Positions 35,787-41,125 of a stretch of DNA of 41,125 nt are shown here, in pieces (position 1 is the first letter of the stretch; every line of letters begins with the position of its first letter). The notes beneath the pieces are model-generated. The model was not told where the DNA came from and searched no databases. It was given only the letters and a program-made list of their open reading frames with translations. The position numbers and the translations under genes are program-made. This stretch comes from Chiloscyllium plagiosum. Its lineage: Eukaryota. The stretch lies in NCBI RefSeq assembly GCF_004010195.1, contig NW_025215380.1, positions 1 through 41,125 of the forward strand. The letters run 5' to 3'.

Positions 35787-35976
35787 GAGAGAAGGTGAGG
35801 ACTGCAGATGCTGGAGGTCAGAGCTGAAAAATGTGTTGCTGGAAAAGTGCAGCAGGTCAGGCAGCATCCAAGGAGCAGGATTCCTGAAGAAGGGCTTATG
35901 CCCGAAACGTCGATTCTCCTGCTCCTTGGATGCTGCCTGACCTGCTGCACTTTTCCAGCAACACATTTTTCAGCTC
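35787..35976. mobile_element. Penelope-like fold-back insertion in a CR1 3' UTR
   Basis: Perfect 60-bp inverted arms 35821-35880 and 35917-35976; 14-bp duplication tccctctaaaccct (35773-35786 and 35975-35988). Confidence 0.8.
35881..35916 (+). ncRNA. Putative minimal type I hammerhead ribozyme core
   Basis: CTGAAGA (35884-35890), extra A, helix II GGGC-TTAT-GCCC, GAAA (35904-35907), then C-GTC with palindromic ACGT; predicted cleavage after C35911. Confidence 0.7.
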
Positions 35977-36737
35977 CCTCTAAACCCTTCCTATTCACAT
36001 CCAGGTAAGTGAGAGGAGAAGGCTGGTACAATTGCAACATTTAAAAGGCACCTGGATGATTATGTGAATAGGAAGGGATTAGAGGGAGATAGGCCAAGTG
36101 CTGGCACATGGGGCAACATTAATTTAGGTTATCTGGTAGGCATGGACGGGTTGGACCGAAGGGCCTGTTTCCGTGCTGTACATCTCTATGACTCCATGAG
36201 TCAGAGGGAGTGCAGCACCTACAGAACAGCTATCGTCTGGAGGGGGTTTTATACTGAACTCTCGAAAAGATCCCACTGGATTATCTTGGAGAGAACAACG
36301 GAGTCTTTCTCAGTGTCCTGGCCCATCATTATCCCTGCCTCTGCCAGCCTTACAATAACAATTCATCATTATTACAGCGTAACACACAGTTTGTTGACAT
36401 GAATTCGCTGCAACGCAATTGTTGAATTGGGGACACTGTTTCTATAGCACGAAATTTTAAAGCATGCATTGGTTATAACACGATTCTGACCCTGTTAGTT
36501 TGGTGCTGGTATTCTGCAGTTTTCTTATAACACGGGATTGCATGAGAATGTTACTACCACATTATCGCAAAACCGCCTGTATATCCTTTCCTTTCCGTTC
36601 AGTACAGTTCCCACAATGCTACAGGATGTGATACTTTGAAGGTATGGCAGAGATGGTGAAAGTGTTCTGGGTGTGCAAAGCTTTCAGTTTGCCCCGTGTT
36701 AAGTAAGGAGTAACAGAACCGATAGCGAGGCACTGAC

Positions 36738-36839
36738 CCTGTCTGCGCTAGAGATGAAGTCACTGAGGCAGCAGTTGACGTGCTGGATCTTGTCCTGAAG
36801 AAGGGATGGATGGTTCACGAGAGATGTGGAGGCCTGTTC
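36738..36839 (-). CDS. SAPCD1: SAPCD-like exon: EQASTSLVNHPSLLQDKIQHVNCCLSDFISSADR (not in the ORF track)
   Basis: On the - strand ctctttag|GAA ... AGG|gtcagt; 102 nt, phase 0/0; KIQHVNCCL resembles the family's IQxVNxCL segment. Confidence 0.82.
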
Positions 36840-38072
36840 CTAAAGAGAAGGACAGGGCAGGAGGGAGAGACAGAAAGAAAATGAATACTCTGACAAGCGA
36901 ATCCACCTCTCAACTCCCAATTCTCTCTCTGCTTCCTGAAGGTGCCCACAAGGAATCTTTCCCCACATACCTCACCCAAAATGCCTTTTATAGAGTCATA
37001 CCAGACAGCGGTTACCCTTCGGCCCAAGTTTAGATCTATGCCACACTTTAGGTCCCATAGCCTTGATTGCTATCACATTTCAAGTGCTCATCTAAAAAGG
37101 CTATGAGGCTTCCTGACAGTGCCTGCCCGGTTCCCCTCAACATCCTCTGGAAAACCCGAATAAAACACTACAGGAAATCCAAAATAAAAAATGCAGGCAG
37201 TGCTGAAGAAACTCAGCAGGTCTGGCAGCATCAGCAAAGAGAGAGAGAGAGAGAGAAAGAGAGAGAGTTAATATTTCAGGTTTAAAGACTCTCCTTCAGA
37301 ACCCAAGGGTCTTTTCTAAAGAAGTGTGTGTGTGTGTAGATTTGGGAGACTAACTCTGTCAGACTCGCTGAGTTTCTCCAGCAATGGCCATTCTTAATCC
37401 CACTTCATGTCATCAAACCCTCCGAAGTCAAATGCTATTCAGACGTTCAATCTCCCCCTTAGCCTCTGGCTCCTCCAACGGATAGCAAGTTGAAGCAGAG
37501 ACAAGAGATACGGCCTCTTGAACCTGCTCCATCACTCAGTGCGACCGTTTGTTCTTTCACAGTGTGGAGATGTTCAGGACCAGGAGGCCCTGGGTTTCAG
37601 GCTCACTGTGGGACTTGGTCCCTGAGGAAGGGTGTATTCAAAAGGAGGCCAAACAGGGTCCGTATCCACCTGTAAAGTCCTTCCAACGCGGGGTGGGGTG
37701 GGGAGGATTCCTGGTCAACTATGTGAGGGACAAAAATAAACAGTGATTTGCCATCTTGGTGCGGAGCTCCAGACTGATGTGGGCAGATTTTACAAAGAAA
37801 CGTACATTGCCACAAGGGGGCGAGGGTGAGAAGTTGGCTGGAGAACTGCTGTGGTTCAGATTGGTGCTAACGACAACGGGATTTGGTTCCCCCTTGTCCA
37901 TCTAGGAATGTTTCGGTGGCCTGGTCCCTTGATGCAAGGTCACGGTGTTCTGAGTCAGATCAGACTCAATGAGGAGCTGAGAGAGGTCTCATTCCTGCCA
38001 ATGCAGGTGTTTATTGGGCCACTTTCTCTTGATGGAACGCAGCCCATGGGAGTCTAGGTACAATAGGCACTG

Positions 38073-38312
38073 TTCCTAGAGGCATGACACTCATCCACAG
38101 ATTCAATCAATAAGCACTTCGACCTGGACCCAATATACCGGCCACTGCAGCGGACAGCTGGAACTGACAGCGGCAGAGACAGGCCACTACAAATGCCGGA
38201 GGAAACATCACAGAAGCGCTTCACAGGAGGCTCCCAAGCACTGAGGATGTCACCTAGACAGGGGATGAAATGTCTGCAACACAAATTCCCAGCTCGGCGA
38301 ACAGAACCACAA
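38073..38312 (+). mobile_element. Penelope-like element 3' end (GIY-YIG C-terminal remnant plus hammerhead-bearing terminus)
   Basis: Translates FLEA*HSSTDSINKHFDLDPIYRPLQR (LEAWHS..IN motif with TGG>TGA); possible duplication cactgtt (38068-38074 and 38313-38319). Confidence 0.72.
38238..38277 (+). ncRNA. Putative minimal hammerhead ribozyme (decayed)
   Basis: GCA-CTGAGGA-T-GTCACCT-AGAC-AGGGGAT-GAAA-TGTC-TGC: helix I GCA/TGC, imperfect helix II, GTC triplet. Confidence 0.6.
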
Positions 38313-39385
38313 CACTGTTTTCAGGGAGTTGGCGGGGGAGAGGGAAGGGAGTTCCGCACTTGGACCCACTCATAAATTCATGTAATAGGAGCAGAATTGG
38401 GCCATTCGGCTCATCGAGTCTGCTCCGTCATTCGATCATGGCTCCTCCTGCCTTCTCCCCCTAACCCTCCAACCCATTACCAATTAAAAACCTGTCTAAC
38501 CCCTCTTTACATTTACTCGCTGTCCCAGCATCCAACACACTCTGGGGTAGCACATTCCACAGACTTTTGGAGACGTACTTTCTCCTTAACTCTGTCCCAA
38601 AATGCCCCATAACTGGAAGCTCCACGTCTATTTTATCCACACCTTTTATTGTTTTGAGTATCTCATCTCGCCTCATTCTTCCAAATTCCAGAGAGTATTG
38701 GCCTAAACTAACACTGGAGGAGTTAGCACATCAGCACGGGGGCCCATGACACCCTTGTCCCCCTGGTGGTAGAGGTTGTCAACTGCACTTTGCCTGGCCC
38801 AGCCCCACATCTCAGGACTGTCTCAGGATCTCTGGTCTCTTTACCCTCAGTCACCTACCCAGATAGGGAACACAACAAGGGTTCTCCGGCCGATCCCTGG
38901 GTTGGTGGGATTGTCCTGGAGGACTCTGGGCCTGAACTGGCCATGGTTCAGAAGAACAAGAGGTGATCTCGTTGAAATCCACGAAATCCTTAAGGGGCTC
39001 GACAGGGGGTTTGGATGGAGGAAGGTGATTAGCCCCATGCTGGGTGGGAGGGGAGTGACAGTTGCAGAATAAGAGATGGGTCTTTTATAAGGGAGAGGAG
39101 GAAGAAGGTGGAAAACCTTAGGAATTCTCTAGGCCGGGGGGGCCTTAAGAACTCAAGCATCGATGATACTTAAGACAGATTTCTAGATATTAAAGACCAT
39201 CAAGGAAATTAGGGACAGGCAGCCAGGAAAATGGTGTTGAGCTGGTAGATTAGCATTTAATGATTGGCAGGGTACCTCTCTAGGACAGGACACCCCACTT
39301 TCCTACACCTCATCCTCCTCCCTGGGACACCAACCGCCCGAAAGCACGGACCAGATCTAACGTCTGCTGGCAGCGCCCTGCTCAC

Positions 39386-39532
39386 TTTCTCTCCGGGGCT
39401 CTCGCTGCTGTGCCTCAGTCTCTGCTGGACCTGGTGGATCTCCTGGTGGTACCAGTCCCGTGCCCGCTCCACCATACCCAGGCCATACCACAGGGCATCA
39501 CGCTGCTGCTCCAACTCCTTCATACGCTTCAG
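39386..39532 (-). CDS. SAPCD1: Suppressor APC domain protein (SAPCD1/SAPCD2-like) exon: LKRMKELEQQRDALWYGLGMVERARDWYHQEIHQVQQRLRHSSESPGEK
   Basis: On the - strand tgtttcag|CTG ... AAA|gtgagc; 147 nt; LKxMKELEQ..DALW.GL....RDWY pattern of the suppressor-APC domain. SAPCD1 is chosen over SAPCD2 from the DALW motif and VARS1 linkage (tentative). Confidence 0.85.
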
Positions 39533-39664
39533 CTGAAACACACAAGCATGGTGAGGTGGCACTCTCTCCCGAGTCACACAGATCACCAGATCACTTCCAT
39601 GAATTGTAAGCTCCCATTGGTTCCCCTGGGTAATGGGAGCAGGAGGAGGAAGGGGTGGCTGGTC

Positions 39665-39697
<33 letters not shown>

Positions 39698-40059
39698 ATG
39701 TGATTTGCCCACTGCCCGCCAAGTCCAGATGAGGTCATGTGGGCATCACTGGGGATGCCCGTGTGTCTATGTGGCCAACAGCAATGATGACTGACGTCTG
39801 GTGGGCACACCACAACTCACCACAGAGACCTTTCTTACCTCAACCCACCCCTCCCCTCCCTAACAGCTTGCCCCCTCCCAAGCTCCAAGTGGAGAAGCAT
39901 CCTCAGCTTTGCCCCCAAAAAAACAGAGGTGGCCCCCCCCCCCTTGAAGTTGGGAGGTTGGCGTAATATTAACTTTGAGCACTGGTGTAAGTGGGGTGAG
40001 AACTAACCCCAATCCTTTAAGTGCCCCATGATTTGGCCAACAAAGCAATTTAAACTGTC

Positions 40060-40625
40060 ATGGAATCCTTAAAGTGCAGAAAAAGGTCATTTGGCCCAAA
40101 GAGTCCACACCAACACTCGGGAAACTTTCCCACCCTACACCTATAATCCTGCATTTCCCATGGCTAACCCTCCAAGCCTGCATTTCCATGGACACAACTG
40201 GACAATTTCCCATGACCAATTCAACCCAACCTGCACATCCCTGGACACCATGGGACAATTTCCCATGTTGAAAAATGTGGTGCTGGAAATCACAGCAGGC
40301 CAGGCAGTATCCGAGGAGCAGGAGAATCGATGTTTCGGGCATAAACCCTTCTTCAGGAATGAGGCTGGTGTGCCAAGCGGTCTGAGATAAAGGGTAGGGG
40401 GGAGGGGCGCTGGGAATACGATAGGTGGAAGGAGGTGAGGGTGAGGGTGGCCATGGCCAATCCACCCTGAGCTGAACACCTTTGGACCGTGGGAGAAACC
40501 GGAGCACCCGGGGTTGACCCACGCAGACACGGGGAGAATGTGCAAACTCCACACAGACAGTCGACTGAGGGTGGGATCGAACCCAGGTCCCTGGTGCTGG
40601 GAGGCAGCAGTGCTAACCCCTGAGC
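40060..40625 (-). mobile_element. HE1/V-SINE-like element with ~53-bp internal duplications, interrupted by a Penelope-like fragment (about 40268-40448)
   Basis: tRNA head at 40570-40625; atttcccatg recurs at about 40153, 40205 and 40258; the insert matches the 5250/35787 family. Confidence 0.78.
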
Positions 40626-41125
40626 TACAGTGTTGGTGAGAAACTATTGCCCATCTCATTTACCCAGTGTCAGACAGTCAGAGCAAGCTCTGGAATTCAC
40701 TCCCTAAATCTCTCGCCTCCCCTCCACACCCTTATTCTTTTAAATGTTCCATTAAATTTCCCCAAACGACCTCCCTTTGCCTGGTGGGGTTGGAGGGCTT
40801 GAGTGCCCCTTCCCAGGGATGTTCGGGAGCTCCGGTATGGGATCATCTTCAAAGTGGTGCTCCCAATGTCCTGTTTGAACTGACATTGCTGACTACAAAG
40901 GAGCAGACGGAATGTGGTGCAGAGTCGCTCCAAACAATGGGGCCACAGAAAAGTGAATCCTGATTAAATTTCACTCTGGCAGTGGTTATTTGTCAGGGGA
41001 GCCTGGCTTGCACTCAGACAGACCGAGAGTTCAGTTGGAGGTGGTGTGCGGGGTGTGGGCCGCGCTAACAGGTTGGATGTATTTCCAACTAATGGAACCA
41101 GGGGAGGCCATTCTGCCCCCTCCCG

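Noticed and set aside
36370..36582. Possible Tigger-like MITE ending cgcctgta
   Set aside because: Only one plausible terminus; no convincing left TIR
40780..40892. Possible further upstream exon of the SAPCD-like gene after ctttgtag on the - strand
   Set aside because: No recognisable homology and no canonical GT donor nearby

Overview
Eukaryotic, repeat-dense vertebrate DNA. The SINE/LINE content (HE1/V-SINE-like and HER1/CR1-like) points to a shark or other cartilaginous fish. Two convergent spliced genes were reconstructed by hand from GT-AG boundaries with consistent phases. On the + strand are the last 11 coding exons of cytoplasmic valyl-tRNA synthetase (VARS1; 457 codons including KMSKS, stop at 22101-22103, AATAAA at 23163). 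On the - strand are the last four coding exons of a suppressor-APC-domain gene (SAPCD1/SAPCD2-like; 167 codons ending DSSTFV*). Both genes are MHC class III neighbours in human. Introns and intergenic DNA hold CR1-type LINE fragments, an L2-like LINE with internal 79-bp and ~53-bp tandem expansions (one array has a 4-unit higher-order period), two tRNA-derived SINE families, a solo LTR, a Tigger-like MITE and a 2.8-kb 52-bp minisatellite. The most unusual signal is a set of short Penelope-like retroelement remnants carrying minimal hammerhead-ribozyme cores, one of which sits intact in the loop of a perfect 60-bp fold-back. There are two assembly gaps. Most ORFs in the supplied track are repeat-derived noise. 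All family assignments are from memory, not from searches.
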